Source: Lama guanicoe
Lineage: Eukaryota
Direction of reading: 5' to 3'
Length of the DNA stretch: 64,000 nucleotides
NCBI GenBank assembly: GCA_013239625.1
Contig: MU053933.1
Span: 1,180,001 to 1,244,000, forward strand
The notes beneath the pieces were generated by a model. It was not told where the DNA came from. It was given only the letters and a program-made list of their open reading frames with translations, and ran no database searches. The position numbers were made by a program, and so were the translations under genes. Every line of letters starts with the position of its first letter. Position 1 is the stretch's first letter. Positions 1 to 13,816 of the stretch are shown in pieces.

Positions 1-377
1 CCGGGCAGGTCTGAGGCAGCCGCGCCCACCCCCAGGCACCGTCAGGGACCAACCCCACCTGCTGCCCTGAGCCCAAGTGTCCCAGGGCGGCACCCAAGGC
101 AGCCCAGTGACAAGGCCCATCTCCCCCGACGCGAGCCAAGCGGGCTGAGCCGCGGAGAGCAGAGTGCTGACTCCTCCGAGCCGTGCCCCCGGGGCTGCCT
201 GAGCGGTGCGTGGTCTCCCTCGGTGCCCCGGGCTCGAGTCCCAGCACTGCTCACACCCACCGCCAGCAGCTGGCGTCTCTGCCCACAGTACCGTCTGCAA
301 ACCCACGCCTTTCCCTCAGACTTAGAATGAATGCCCCTGGTCTCCCCCCGCCAGCCACCAAGGGCAGAGAGGGTGGT

Positions 378-747
378 TGAGATGGTTAATTTTCCATTTC
401 AACTTGACTGGACCCCGAGTGCCCTGAGAGGCGGTCAGACACCATCCTGGGTGTCTCCAGATGGTATCAGTGCCTGGTTGGAGGGACCGAGTAACACAGA
501 TGCCCTCCTCAGGGGAGGGCCGTCCAATCCGTCGAAGGCTGGAACAGAACAAAAAGGCACAGCCTCCAAGAGTAAGAAGGGACCGGTCCTGCCTTCGGGC
601 TCGGGAGGGAACGCCGACTCCTGCCTGGGCTCGAGCCCGCCCAGTCGCGTACAGATCTTGGGACTTCCCAGCCTATCAGCCAGTTAAGCAAATCTCTCTC
701 CACACATCCTGTTGGTTCTGTTTCCTGAGGGAATCTGGACTGAGACA
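378..747 (+). mobile_element. MLT2-like (ERVL) solo LTR, degenerate
   Basis: Starts TGAGATGGTTAATTTT..TCAACTTGACTGG and ends CAGATCTTGGGACTT..CCTGTTGGTTCTGTTTC..ACA, resembling MLT2 consensus ends as recalled. Confidence 0.65.
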
Positions 748-1031
748 GTGTCATGGAGCACACAGAGGGCCGGCAGAGCTGAGCACGGGTGGGAGACGCC
801 CAGGTCCCATCCCATTCACCAGCCCCACATCCCTGTCTGTCCCCCATGCCTTTGAGGCAGAGGTCGCACAGGGTTGGGGTGGGGGAGGCACAGAGGGGCC
901 TGGCATCCCACTGGCCTGCTTGGAGCACCTCAGGAACTTTTGGGCAAAGGGGAACTTTGGAGAAGCTGTGCGCCCCCCAGGAGGGGGCGATCTGAGGGGC
1001 CTCCAGGCCCCCCAGGGGACACCATCCAGAG

Positions 1032-1165
1032 CAGGGTTGGCAAACTTTCTGTAAAGGGCTGTGTGCTCTGTAACGACCACTCAGCTCTGCCCACACAGCA
1101 CAGAAGCAGCTGTGGACCTGTTTTCAGGCATGGCTGTGTCCAAGGAAACCTCAGTTACAGACCTG
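1032..1165. mobile_element. MER58-like hAT-Charlie DNA transposon fragment
   Basis: CAGGGTTGGCAAACTTTCTGTAAAGGGC terminus and internal TGGCTGTGTCCAAGGAAAC motif typical of MER58. Confidence 0.6.
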
Positions 1166-1323
1166 ACTCTGGAACCCAGATCGGGGTGTGTGGATGTTGA
1201 GACATGAGCTGACGTGACATTAAGGGGAGGGAGCTCCCAGCCCGGCTCGGGACCCAGGGCCTGGACACCCTCCTTTGCGGTCGGGGGCTGCGATGCTGAG
1301 CACAGCCAAGCGGGGGTACGTAC

Positions 1324-1365
1324 CTGCTGGCCCCCCCACCACTCCTGACAAGGCCAGGTCCTGCA
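1324..1365 (-). CDS. CBS: CBS 42-nt alternative cassette exon (LQDLALSGVVGGPA)
   Basis: CCACAG| 42 nt |GTACGT, in frame (phase 1-1); resembles the human isoform insert SQDQAWAGVVGGPA. Confidence 0.85.
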
Positions 1366-1680
1366 CTGTGGAGCCAAGGACGGGAGAGGGGTTAGACGGG
1401 GCACCTGGGCCCCAGGACCAGCCTTGGCAGCAGAGCGGTCAGGCTCCAAGGCCCTCCCAATTCTTGTGATTTCTACAGCCCTTGTCCTCGCCCAGAACCA
1501 GGACACCCCCGGCCTCTGGAGACACAGCGAGGAGGCCCGGGAAGGGCCCTGGGAGCAGGTTATCAGCCCCACGAGCTTGTTGGGGGCAGGCACCCAGGTG
1601 GACCCCTCTGGGATCTGCACCCAAGGCTGGGGGTGGCTGACGATCAGCACCTCGGACTCCCCAGACTCCCTGTGAGCTCA

Positions 1681-1869
<189 letters not shown>

Positions 1870-4623
1870 TCAGCACTCACCAGCCAGCCCAGCCCGGCCC
1901 AGCCCGGCCGGAGCCTGAGGCCTGCTGTCCCTGTGGTCCCCGCCTGCCAGCCCTCCGAGGAACGGAGCACCAGGCAACAGGAGAGGCTGCCTCCCTCCAG
2001 AAGGTTCTCTTGGACCTCTTGTTGATTTAGACACTGAAGGAGGCATGACGTGTGTAAAAGGACATTTGGATAAGCTGGAAAGCTCTGTGCATACTGCTAA
2101 TCACAAGAGCCAACTGGGGCAGCTCCCCACGTGTGACATTCTGGAAAAGGCCAAACTGCTAAGATCGATGGTTGCAGTGGGTCAAGGATGGAGGGGGAAA
2201 CAGGAGGGAGCCAGGATGTGGGGCCACACGGTGCTATGCTCTGACAAGACACGTCACCGCACACGTGTCACGGCCCACACAGCTGCAGAACCCTAAGGCT
2301 GAGCCCTCATGTCAGCTGGGGACGTCAGACACTAACGACGTGTTATCCGTCACCGTCGTAACAAATCCTGGATCGGTGCAAGAGGCGACGGCACAGGGCT
2401 GTGAGGGCGGGAGCGTGGGGGCTCCCTCCGCACCATCTGCTCAGCAGACAGAGTATGAGAACTGGCAAGGGTTTTAAAAAGGACATCGAAGGTCCATCTT
2501 TCGAAGGAAAATACAACTGGACTCGCCCGGCATTCACGGGAAGCGAGTTCCCGAGACAGGAGAGGGACTTTGGGGGGCATAAGACAGCAAGTCTGGGGAG
2601 GGAAAGCCACGGGGTGGGGTCGGAGAGACCAGCCACGGCGCAGGAGGGGCGAGGCTGACCCCCACCTCCAGACCCACCACCCCACTTGATCCACAGGTGT
2701 ATGTGGGTCCACGTGGAGCCACCCTCTTCCTCCCCACACACCGCCAGCGCCTGGCCCAGCTCACGCCCCGGACCCTGGAAATGCAGGGTGGGGGCGACCC
2801 CAGGGTCTCTGTCTCAGCCCAGCTGCCTTGGAGCCCGGAAGTCGCAGCAGCCAGATGCCCGGGAGGAAGATGTTTGCTCTGGGCAAGAGGCTTAAATGGC
2901 CCCGATCTTGGTCTCTGCAATCACTTCTGAGGATGCTCTTCGTCGGTTTAGCCCCCTGGCCGGGGGGAGCTGGTTACGCCCTTTCCTGACCTTCCACATG
3001 TGAGAGGGCCGGGCACCTGGTGGTCCCCAGGGAGTCAGGCCTGGGGCGATGGAAAGTGACCTCCCTGCACTTGGAACTCATTTGAGGCCACAGTTCCTTT
3101 CACCAAGATCTTTGTGGCTTTAAACAACCCCCAGGGAAGGGGGAGAGCAGGAAGGTGGGGGCACAGAGAAAACGGAGGGAACTTGACACCTTGCCACTCA
3201 GCGTTTTCAAAGCGATGGAAGCTGGAGAGGCCCAGGCAGCCTGGGACCCCACCGCAGGGCTCCTCCCGACCGGTCAGGGTGCCGGGCTCCTACAAGGGGA
3301 CTTCCAGGCGGAGGCCTGTGTCCCACACGCCTGGAGTTATACCCCAGCCCCAGGTGTCCCTTAGTGTCACCATGGCACCAGGTCCTCTGTTTATGGTCCC
3401 GGACCTAGACAGTCCTTAATGGATCCAGGGGGTCCTCAGCCCCACAACCCTCACTACCGTGGGTTTCCTGGGAGGGGCCGCAGGGGCTGGATGAGCAGGT
3501 GACACTGGGCAGCGTGCTTCCCGCTCAGCGACCACTGGGGCCAGGACAGCTTCTTGGAGCTTACACTGTGGTGGGGGGGCAATGAATGCTCTGAGAAACA
3601 TTCCCCACGTGCCAGGTGCTGGGCCCTGGGGTCAGGGAGGCCGAGAGGAGGGGGGCTTTGAGCTGAGACCTACAGCTGGGGTGCGGTGGGGGGTGCCAGG
3701 TGGAGACAACTGGGGTAAAGGCGGCAGGACAGAACTGCCCCTTTGCGAACCGGGACAGGTGGACTGGAGGAGGGGAGAGCTGGGGGGTTGCAGCATCAGG
3801 ACACTCTCCAGGGGGGCTGGGGTTGACAGGGATGGACAGGACCCCACCTATGCCTCCTGCGGTCTCTCCAGCTGCGGGGAGTGAGAGCCTGGGTGAGGGA
3901 CCTGCAGGGACCACCCTAGAGGTGGTGGCAGTGGGGTGGAAATGGCAAGAAATACCAGATCCTGGCAGCATCTCAGCTCCGTGTATGGTGGGGAAGAAGG
4001 AAACTCAATCCATTCCGAGACCTGGGCTCAACCCCCTTGCCCTTCGAGTGTAAAACAGCCACCCTCCACCCCCTTCACTTGGGGGTCAGACGAGGAAGGC
4101 ACTGTCAAGTGTCAGGTGTCGGGGGCCACGAGGCTGGGGACTGGGGCTGCCCTGACTCCACCTGCCCTCAGGGGACACAGACCCACCACAGGGTGGCCAC
4201 CACCTCAGGAGGACCACAGGGTCCGAGTGGCCCCACACAGCAGGGCCTCCCAGCTCTTGCGGAATCATCAGGCGTGCCCAGTACTCTTAAACGGAAGCGC
4301 GCGCAGGACAGGATCAGGGCGCGGCGCCAGGGAGCAGGGTCAGGCCGGCAGACACCTGGCTCGGCTGGGCTGAGGGTCTCTGGGCTTGCGAGTGACCCTG
4401 GCATTGCCCGGGTATGGACTCGGCGAGCCCTCACCCACGTGGGCCCCTCCCCAACCTGGGCCACTCGGTTTGCAAAGCTGGGGTGAATTCTCAGATGTAT
4501 GGGTCTGATGGGGTCCAGCCAGCACTGGCCCGACGGATGCCAGGGCAGAGCTGAGGGCTGAGCCCTGCCTTCCAGGACGAAGCTGGTCTCAGCGCCAGCT
4601 GCCCAGGTGAGTGGGGCTCGCAC

Positions 4624-4732
4624 CTGCTTGAACTGCCTGGAGACGACTTTGCGAACTTGGTCCGACGGCCGCACCTTCCCCGCGAGCAGGGACGACAGCA
4701 TGCTCCCCAGAGTCACCATCCCCAGGACAGCC
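4624..4732 (-). CDS. CBS: CBS coding exon 13 ([36 protein letters not shown])
   Basis: 109 nt, CCCCAG|..|GTGCGA; matches residues 454-489. Confidence 0.97.
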
Positions 4733-5373
4733 CTGGGGAAGAGGGGACGGGGCAGAATTCAGCACAGCCGCCCTCGGGGTCGAACGTGGAACTCTTCTTA
4801 GAATTCAGCCACCACCCGCCCAGGGTCTTCATGTGGCAGGAGCACAGCAGTGACCAGACACCCTGCCCTTGACACCGACTGTCCAGTGCAGGGAGACAGG
4901 AAACCCATGTCCTTTGGGTGTCTCCATTCTGACTGGTGTCAAAAGTAACCAAATGGGCAGTGTCCTAGGACACGGGACTTTCAGGGCTGGAACTGGACAG
5001 TTCTGGGAGAAACTGGATGGTTGGTCACCGTCACCAGGGCATGTCTGCCATGGCCTTCCACCGTTAGGCACGTCCTCAGAGCAAGGCCAGGTTGCTATAC
5101 CCGGCTCCCGTGCACACACTGGGTGCAGTGGGGTGGGACCAAGGCATTAAGGCCCAGAGGATTAACATGAGCAGCCCCCACCCTGGCCAGTCCTCAGGGA
5201 CCAGCGGTCCAATGCTCTGAGCATCTGTATATACAGTGGCCAAGGTGAGCCGGCCAGCTTTGGGTGCACCAGGCTACCCGGCCCAGCGCTGCAGACACAG
5301 GAGGGAGGGGCACAGGCCGCAGGCTCCCGGCAGAGCCCAGAGGGCCGAGCTCTGGGTGGCGGCGGAGACTGAC

Positions 5374-5508
5374 CCCGATTCGTCCACCACGGGTGCCTGG
5401 TCGAAGCCCTTCTCCCGGAGGATCTCGATGGTGTGCTCACAGGTGACCGTGGGCAGCACTGTCAGCGGAGCCGACAGGCTCAGCTCCTGAACTCTGAGGT
5501 GCCACCAC
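5374..5508 (-). CDS. CBS: CBS coding exon 12 ([31 protein letters not shown]), CBS1 domain
   Basis: 135 nt, CCTCAG|..|GTCAGT; contains D444. Confidence 0.97.
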
Positions 5509-5614
5509 CTGAGGAGAGAGGGCACGGTGGGGGCCGTGAGCCGGGTCCCGGGAACTTGGGCCCCAACCACATGGGTGGCTGCCAGGAGCGGTCTCTGCCA
5601 AGAGGCGCCCTCAC

Positions 5615-5692
5615 CATGGCTTCTTCACCGTAAGGTCCTCCTCCTTCATGAAGCCCTTCTGCAACATCCACTTGTCACTCAGGAACTTGGAC
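5615..5692 (-). CDS. CBS: CBS coding exon 11 ([26 protein letters not shown]), linker
   Basis: 78 nt, CTGCAG|..|GTGAGG. Confidence 0.97.
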
Positions 5693-7070
5693 CTGCAGCC
5701 GCAGAAGACACCAGGCCTAGCACAGGGTCTCACCACTGCCTCTGCCCGCACCCAGGGGACACGGTTCTCAGAGAAAGTGCAGCATTTCTGTCCAGACCCC
5801 AAGGGTCCAGCAGAGACTCCACCAGGCTGGCTGGAAGCTCTACCAAGCGGCCTGAGAGCTGGACTCCAGAGAGAGCCCCTAGGGAGCTGTGGCTGACAGG
5901 GGCGCCTGGCCCACCAGGGCCGCACGAGCTCAGAGAACGGGAAGAGGTTCTGTCCCGGGTACTGTGACATCCCGTACCCCTGCTCAGGGCTCCCCGGGCG
6001 GCCACTTCCCTGGCCATCCTCACGTCTGCTCTAGCTGAGTCCCACCTGGGGTCAGAGGGCACCAGACCATGCCTTGGGGGCTGCCAGGGACCTGCCCTAA
6101 AAAGGCAGGTGAGGGCCAACCAAGCGGGGGTCAGAGATGACCCACAGACCCCAGGACCAGACGCAGGTGCAGAGGACACGTGTGTGCACACATTCATTTA
6201 CCCACACTCCCATCACACACACATGTGTGTGCACATGGCAGGCCAGCCAGGCACATGGAGAGATGACCGTCTGTTCTTAGGCACCGAGTCGGGGAGGCAG
6301 GCGGTGCAGCTCAGGGCAGCTCAGCAGGGGACCCCGAGGTGACTCGCCCCCAACTGGAGACCCAGCCTGGGACATCTGAGCTCACCCAAGGTGTCTAAGC
6401 TGCCGCTCCCGAGCCAGGGAGGAAGCTGGAGGATCCGAGGGTCTGTGAGGGTGGTCTTTAGGCCCCTGCCCCCTCCCTCCCTCCCACACAACACCCTTGG
6501 CACTTTTGGCCGGTGACCTCCGGCAGGCTGTCAGCCCAGAGGACGGGAATTCAAAGTGGAGGCTGTGAGCTGCCGCGTAGGGAGAGGGCTTGTGCGGGTG
6601 CGCGGACACAGCACCATCAGATCGAAGGAGCCTCGGGGGCCGTTGCTCAGACATTGCACAGCGCGTCCCCAGGCTGCTGACCCCAGCCAGGGTCTCCTGG
6701 GTCAAGGCCAGAGGGTGGGTGAACCAGTGAGTGGTGGGCAAGGGGTGGGGACCTGTTCTGAGGGCAGCCCGTCTTCCTCCTCCTCCCTCGGCTGGAGGTT
6801 AGGCCCAGAGAGCTCAGAGAAGCAAGGGGTCCAGAGGGGTGGCCCCTTGGGGAGGTCTGTCTGGCCCGTTGGCGCGGGCACTGACTTCAGAGGCATCTGG
6901 GAGCCCCGAGCCGGGGACGAACAGGCTGAGAAAACGTGAACTCCCGGGACCCCCAGCCGCCTCCTTCCTGCCATCAGCTGCCAGGGCGGACCCCCGGGGG
7001 CAGTGACAGTGACAGCTCAAGTGCTGGAGGAAGCGGAGGGGGAGGGGCAAAGAGGGGGAGCGCGCCTCAC

Positions 7071-7176
7071 ATGTAGTTCCGCACGGAGTCGGGCAGGATC
7101 ACCACGCAGCGCTGGCCCTCCCGCAGCTCCCGGGCGGCCTTCACGGCCACGGACATGGCACTGCCGGCACTGCCAC
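7071..7176 (-). CDS. CBS: CBS coding exon 10 ([35 protein letters not shown])
   Basis: 106 nt, CGGCAG|..|GTGAGG. Confidence 0.97.
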
Positions 7177-7458
7177 CTGCCGAGAGGGCCGGGGGGTCAG
7201 ACCTGCCAGGGCGCAGTGTGCAGCTGTGTGTGCAAGGGGAGGAGCTAGGAGAACCTGTACGTTCTCCTCGATACCACGGAGCCTCACGCCTGCTAGGGTT
7301 TCAGAACCAAACCCTCACCCGGAACCCCAAAGCCTTGGAGCAGATGGGGGGCAGGCGGGTGGGGCAGCCTCAGAATGAGGGAGGGCATCCTCACACACTG
7401 GCCTGCAGGCTGGCGGAGGGCAAGCAGCCAGCCGCCCGCAGCCCGGTGCCCCGCTCAC

Positions 7459-7543
7459 CGCACAGCAGCCCCTCCTGCGCGATCAGCATGCGGGCGAAGG
7501 CGAAGGCGTCCTGGTCGTTGCTCTTGAACCACTTGTCCACCAC
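7459..7543 (-). CDS. CBS: CBS coding exon 9 ([28 protein letters not shown])
   Basis: 85 nt, CCGCAG|..|GTGAGC. Confidence 0.97.
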
Positions 7544-8155
7544 CTGCGGGCGGCCGAGGGCAGGCGGTCAGCCAGGCGGCGCCGGGAGCTCGGCACTTGG
7601 GTGGTTCGGGGTAGGGCGGGCAGGGAGCCCACCAACTGGTCTGCACCCTCCCTGCCGGCCTCAGCCCAGGTGGCCACGACCCTCCAGGGGTGTGGCCTGG
7701 CCCCTCGTCTGGGATCTGGGACTCGCTCTGCAGACCCAGGGCTTCCCCCACCTCTTGTCGAGCACATTGTGCGCCCGGGGCTACTAAAACTGCCTGCCAG
7801 CCCTGCTGCATGGCCACGCTCCGGGTCTTTCGGGCCAAGAGTCCTCTAGCATCCTCACAGAGAGCCTTTCCTGGGGTCTCACCGCCCACGTTGGCCCGCT
7901 TGCTTGCCTCAGCTGCCTGCTCCCTCCCTCTGCAGGGGCCTGATCTGTGTGCAGGCTGGAAGTGCCACCCCCCCCCCACACACAGCGGCCTCCGTATCTG
8001 CTCCGTGGTGCCACCGCACACGCTCATCATGGCCACAGGACTGCGTGTACCAAGTCTTGGCCCCCAGGACTGTGCGGCAGGGCTCGCTTCTCTGCTCATG
8101 GTCAGCGGGTGCAAGGGTGCGACCTCAGGCTGGGCCTGTCATTGCCCCCGCCTAC

Positions 8156-8281
8156 CGTCCGGTCCAGCACCGTGGGGACGAAGTCATAGCCAATCCCCTC
8201 CACCTCGTAGACCGTCTGCTCCGTCTGGTTCAGCTCCTCGGGCTCTGCGAGGATGGAGCCTTCGGGGTCCACCCCAATGAT
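8156..8281 (-). CDS. CBS: CBS coding exon 8 ([42 protein letters not shown])
   Basis: 126 nt, CTTCAG|..|GTAGGC; I278 and G307 intact. Confidence 0.97.
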
Positions 8282-9049
8282 CTGAAGAGCGGGTGGCGTC
8301 AGGGCTCACATCTAGGAAAGTCTCACCTGGCCGCGTGCGGCTGTGCTTGGAGTGAGGGCCCCCTGCTGTTCCCAGGTCTCAGAGGCAAGACTGGAAGCCC
8401 AGAAACCCAGGCCTGGTGCTGGGAGGTGATGAGGCAAACCCCAGCTCCGGGCACTCGGGGTGGGTGGCTTGACGCTGGGGAGGTGGCCTCCTGGGAAGCC
8501 CCCCTCGTGCAGGGCGCCCCAGGACAGCCTCGAGAGACGACCCCAGGACAACAAAATCTGGGGGCAAGGGGCGGTGCTGGGACTGCCCTTCCCAGACGGC
8601 ACAGAGACCGGCCGCAGGGAAGAGCCACCAGTGAGGTGTCTCCCCAAGCCCCTCCCCAGGCCCACTCAATTCCAAATCCAGGTGCCCGTCCCCGGCTCTC
8701 AGAGCCCCTGGCAGGGCAGCCGCAGGACATGGACCTGAGTGCTTATGGCTTCTGGAATGATCCTTGGAGACCACCCAAATTGACAACCCCCCAAGCCCGG
8801 CTCATCTGGGGGCCCGTCGTGGGCTGCTGGGCCCTTTATCTCCAGGCAGGTGCAGGCACGCCCACCGTGTGAGACACAAGGCTGTCTACACAGAAATGGC
8901 AGGGACGAGAACCTTCCACTCTACCCAGCGCCAAAGAGCTTAACGATGAAGCCTCCAGCGGCAGCGCAGGCCTCGGGTGGGAAACGCGCCCACGTCCAGG
9001 CCCACCTCTCCCGGACAGGGCGGCGCCCTCGCAGCCCCGGGCCGCTCAC

Positions 9050-9141
9050 CTGGCACCCCGGGCACTTCTCCTTCAGCTTCCTGGCGATGCCCGTGATGGT
9101 GCCGCCCGTGCCCGCGGAAGCCACCAGCATGTCCAGCTTCC
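9050..9141 (-). CDS. CBS: CBS coding exon 7 ([30 protein letters not shown])
   Basis: 92 nt, CCTCAG|..|GTGAGC; GTGGT PLP-phosphate loop and CPGC motif. Confidence 0.97.
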
Positions 9142-10029
9142 CTGAGGGGGAGATGCTGCGTCAGGGAGAACGGTCTCGGCTGGCCGTAATGGCCAGCCCA
9201 CCACTCTCAATAATGTGCAAAAAACATACTCAAGCACACGGAAGACGGGTTGTCAAAAAGGTCTAAAGACACTGTTCTCAAATTTAAAACCTCTGATCAC
9301 AGTCCTTTATCTTTAAGAGGCGTTGACAGTAACAGGGACCCGGGGTCCTCACTGAAGTCTTTGCTAAAGGACAGACGCCACTGAAATCCCTGTCTGTCCT
9401 GAATCCGTGAATCGTAGGTAAGGTGACGTCCTGTGGGGGGCGGGGCACGGGGCTGAGGGCTGAGCCCAGGAGCGGCTCCTCACACTCTCCTGAGCTCTCT
9501 GGTTTTGTTCGACGTGAGTAAGTGAGCTGAATTATGAAATGAACTGGCATAAACCACTCAGCTCGGCTCAGATATCGTCTGGGCTCTCAGGGGGCCCAGG
9601 GGCCAGCTCAGGCACCTGCAGACAAGTCAGCACAGGCCCCTGTGATGAGGCAGAAAGGCTGGTTTTGCCAAACGAGAAGATTCTCACACATAAAACCTGG
9701 GTGAGCAAATGCCTGGACTTTGCCGCCTGGCTCCCGGGCACGGAACGAGGTGCATTTAAGCCAACATCAGGCTCCAACAGGAAGCCAAGGGTGCCAACCC
9801 CCTGGAACTCGTCCTGAAAATCTCTTAGGGAGATGGCCCATCAGGAAACATTACAACCCCAACCGGCCTTGGCACCAAATGTGTGGAGAGGTTCCAAGAT
9901 GCCTCATGTCCATACAGAGTAGGACGTCACCACCCCAGGCCTGGAGATGAGAAAACCTGAATGTTGAATTCAGTACCCAAGTTGGGGCTTGATGCCAAGT
10001 GCGGATCAGCAATGTGACGCCCCTGCTGT

Positions 10030-10300
10030 GAGCCCCGTACCAGCCTGGGACACACTTGTTCCCTGTGCTCAGGAGCTCCTATAGGTTTGGAGGAAAGATG
10101 GCTAGGTAAACAAAGACGATATGTTTGATGTTATAGGAGAGGCACGGGCAAAGTCCAAGAGAACACAATAGAGGCCGGAAACTGTTCTAGGGAAATGCTC
10201 TAGAAAACATTTTATAGCGAGGGTACATTTGAGCTGGGTTTTGAAGGATGAGTAGGAGTTTACCAAGGAGAGGGTAAGTAACTTCTACACTCCCAGTCAA
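10030..10300 (+). mobile_element. L2 LINE fragment (approximate bounds)
   Basis: CCCTGTGCTCAGGAGCTC..ACATTTGAGCTGGGTTTTGAAGGATGAGTAGGAGTT, characteristic of the L2 3' region; strand follows usual appearance and is uncertain. Confidence 0.55.
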
Positions 10301-10322
10301 GATGGACAGCAGGGTTAGGCTA

Positions 10323-10586
<264 letters not shown>

Positions 10587-10912
10587 TTAACCCAGAAGTG
10601 GAACAAGGGGCAGAGAGCTTCCAGCAAGAAGCTTTTCATGTCTGATGCCTGCAGAGAGCGTCCCAGGCCCTCTGCAAAGGGCCTTCCAGTCCAATGTGCT
10701 GAGCGGACAGCAGAGGCAACAGCCTGGCCGACCCCGCTGGCTGGGGGACCTGAACGGGCTGGGAGCAGCCAGCGACCCCATGCCAGCACCTCAGTCACCT
10801 CTGCAGCCCCCGTGCAACACCACGCCCAAGCCCCCACCGAGCCCCCCGGGGAGGGCCCCACTGAGGTCCCAACTGCTGGGCGCCTACTCGCCCCCGGGCC
10901 CTGGCGCCTCAC

Positions 10913-11047
10913 CTGGTCCAGGATGTGGGAATTGGGGATCTCATTCTTCAGCCTCCAGGCAACCCCTACGTGTGACTCGGGGGAGTCGAATCTGGCTTGG
11001 GTGGGAGTTCTCACGATCTCAGCCCCCAGGGCGCGCAGGACATCCAC
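10913..11047 (-). CDS. CBS: CBS coding exon 5 ([45 protein letters not shown])
   Basis: 135 nt, CTGCAG|..|GTGAGG. Confidence 0.97.
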
Positions 11048-11167
11048 CTGCAGAGGCACGCCGCGGCCTTCATTGCACTGCCAGGCCTTCAGCGCGGGGA
11101 CGGGGGCCCGGGAGACGCCCTGCCCCACACCTCCCCAGCTCTCCGCCCCCAGCACCCCAGGCCCCAC

Positions 11168-11247
11168 CTTCTCCGTGCTCATCTTCTCTGGCATCACGAT
11201 GATGCAGCGGTAGCCCTTCACAGCGGCGGCCAGGGCCAGCCCGATCC
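11168..11247 (-). CDS. CBS: CBS coding exon 4 ([26 protein letters not shown])
   Basis: 80 nt, CCCCAG|..|GTGGGG. Confidence 0.97.
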
Positions 11248-11849
11248 CTGGGGGCAGCACATGGGGTGAGGGGGGCCCACAGCACCCCCAGACCTGGCCA
11301 CCCCCGGGAATGCCCAGGGGAGTGGGTGCTGCAGGATTCCCAGTGCCCAGCATCGCCCCCTTCCGCCCTCACATGAGGGAAAAGGACATGTGGGGGCAGA
11401 GACAGAAAAGCGAGTGTGCCCAGAGAAAAGCGGGGTGCAGCACTGAACCCCGATTCCTCAGCTCTCACTGGGCGCCTGGGAGGGAACAGGGGCAATGGCA
11501 ACAAATGTGTGGAGCTTGCTGTGACACGGGGCTCGTCCAAGGAAGGGGACCCCGAGGATGGTTAGAGGTTGGTGCTGCCGCTCCCACCGCAGGCCCAGAG
11601 CACAGGCCAGGGCCAGACTCCTCCTCCTCGGTTCCAAACGGGTCAAGGCCACTGTCCAGGGCTGAGGGGGCACGGCCACCCCCATGGGTCTGAAGACAGA
11701 GCACTGAGCCAAAGAGGAAGATTCTGGAGCCTCCAGATATCCCAGAGTTTGTCCTGCTTGGCTTCAAACTTGCTTGGGACCCATGACCCCTCTCCAGGTC
11801 TGGATGGGGGATGTCTGTCCTGTGCCTGGCCCTCCGCTGCGCTCTGGAA

Positions 11850-12838
<989 letters not shown>

Positions 12839-13610
12839 TCACCTGACACGCCCCAGGATAGAGGGACGGGTTTGGTCCTTGCTGGTCCTAAAAATCATCA
12901 CATCCCCATCACCACCTCCCACACCTGCACCGGATGAGGGTGCTCAACCACGGGAGCATCTCCCACCTGCCCATCCCACCCGCCGGGGACCACGTGGCAA
13001 CTCCAAGTGAACGAGACAGAGGCACCCCAAGGAGTCTCTAAAGGGGTGGCTGGAGCAGAGCCACACCCCTGGGGGGCAGCAGCCTCAAAATGGTTTGCTG
13101 GGCAAGCAGGGGGCGGCAGACAGCCCGGCCAGACAACCTGATGACCTGAAGCCACAGCTCCCACCCCCTCACACCGGCCAGGACCCGCAAACCCTCCACA
13201 CCTGCCTCTCACTGTCCTGCCCGGGAGGAGCCCCTCGCAGAGACGTGGGGATCCCCGCTGATCTCCCCACCCAGCAGATTCCATGTCCTTTGCTGTGCCT
13301 AAGCCTTCGCTCTGGCCTTCTTTCCTTCTTTCCTCCCTCTCATCTCTTACAGATACGCAGAGTTTGTAAAAGGGGGAGATACTGCACCAAACGTGACTGG
13401 AAGGATGCAGGCCGGCCTACGACGCCTACAAAACAAGCTCCCTCCTGGTCTGTCCTGGTTTCTGAAATCCCACAACTGCAGACAGACTTTATCCTCCTGC
13501 CGGGACAGTGTGTGCGTGTGTGGTGGGGGGGCTCTCGAATGTCTGACCGCTAAGGAGGCCTGCACCCCAGGACTCTTGCAGGTCACACAACACTTGAATT
13601 AGAAAATTCC

Positions 13611-13816
13611 GTGGCGGCGAGTACAGCTCAGCAGCAGAGCACGAGCTTAGCATGCATGAGGTCCTGTGTCCAATCCCCAGCGCCTCCATTTTATAAAATT
13701 AATTAATTTAATTAAATAAACAATTTAGAAAATGAATATATGTGTATGACTGGGACATGATGCTGTACACCAGAAACGGACAAATTGTAACTGCCTGTAC
13801 TTCAATTAAAAAAAAA
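13611..13816 (+). mobile_element. vic-1-type tRNA-Ala-derived SINE with L1-like 3' tail
   Basis: AGCTCAGCAGCAGAGCACGAGCTTAGCATGCATGAGGTCCTGTGTCCAATCCCCAGCGCCTCCA head, AT-rich linker, then an L1-type 3' terminus and poly(A). Confidence 0.8.

Noticed and set aside
1..1320. Final CBS coding exon (..VFGVVTAIDLL..)
   Set aside because: No matching sequence seen; it probably lies left of the window, so this is not evidence of truncation.
8156..8340. Equivalent of the human CBS 844ins68 insertion
   Set aside because: The exon is the normal 126 nt with a single acceptor.
7904..8872. 322-aa plus-strand ORF and similar antisense ORFs across CBS
   Set aside because: Antisense shadows of GC-rich exons and introns with no recognisable domain; many begin at non-ATG codons.
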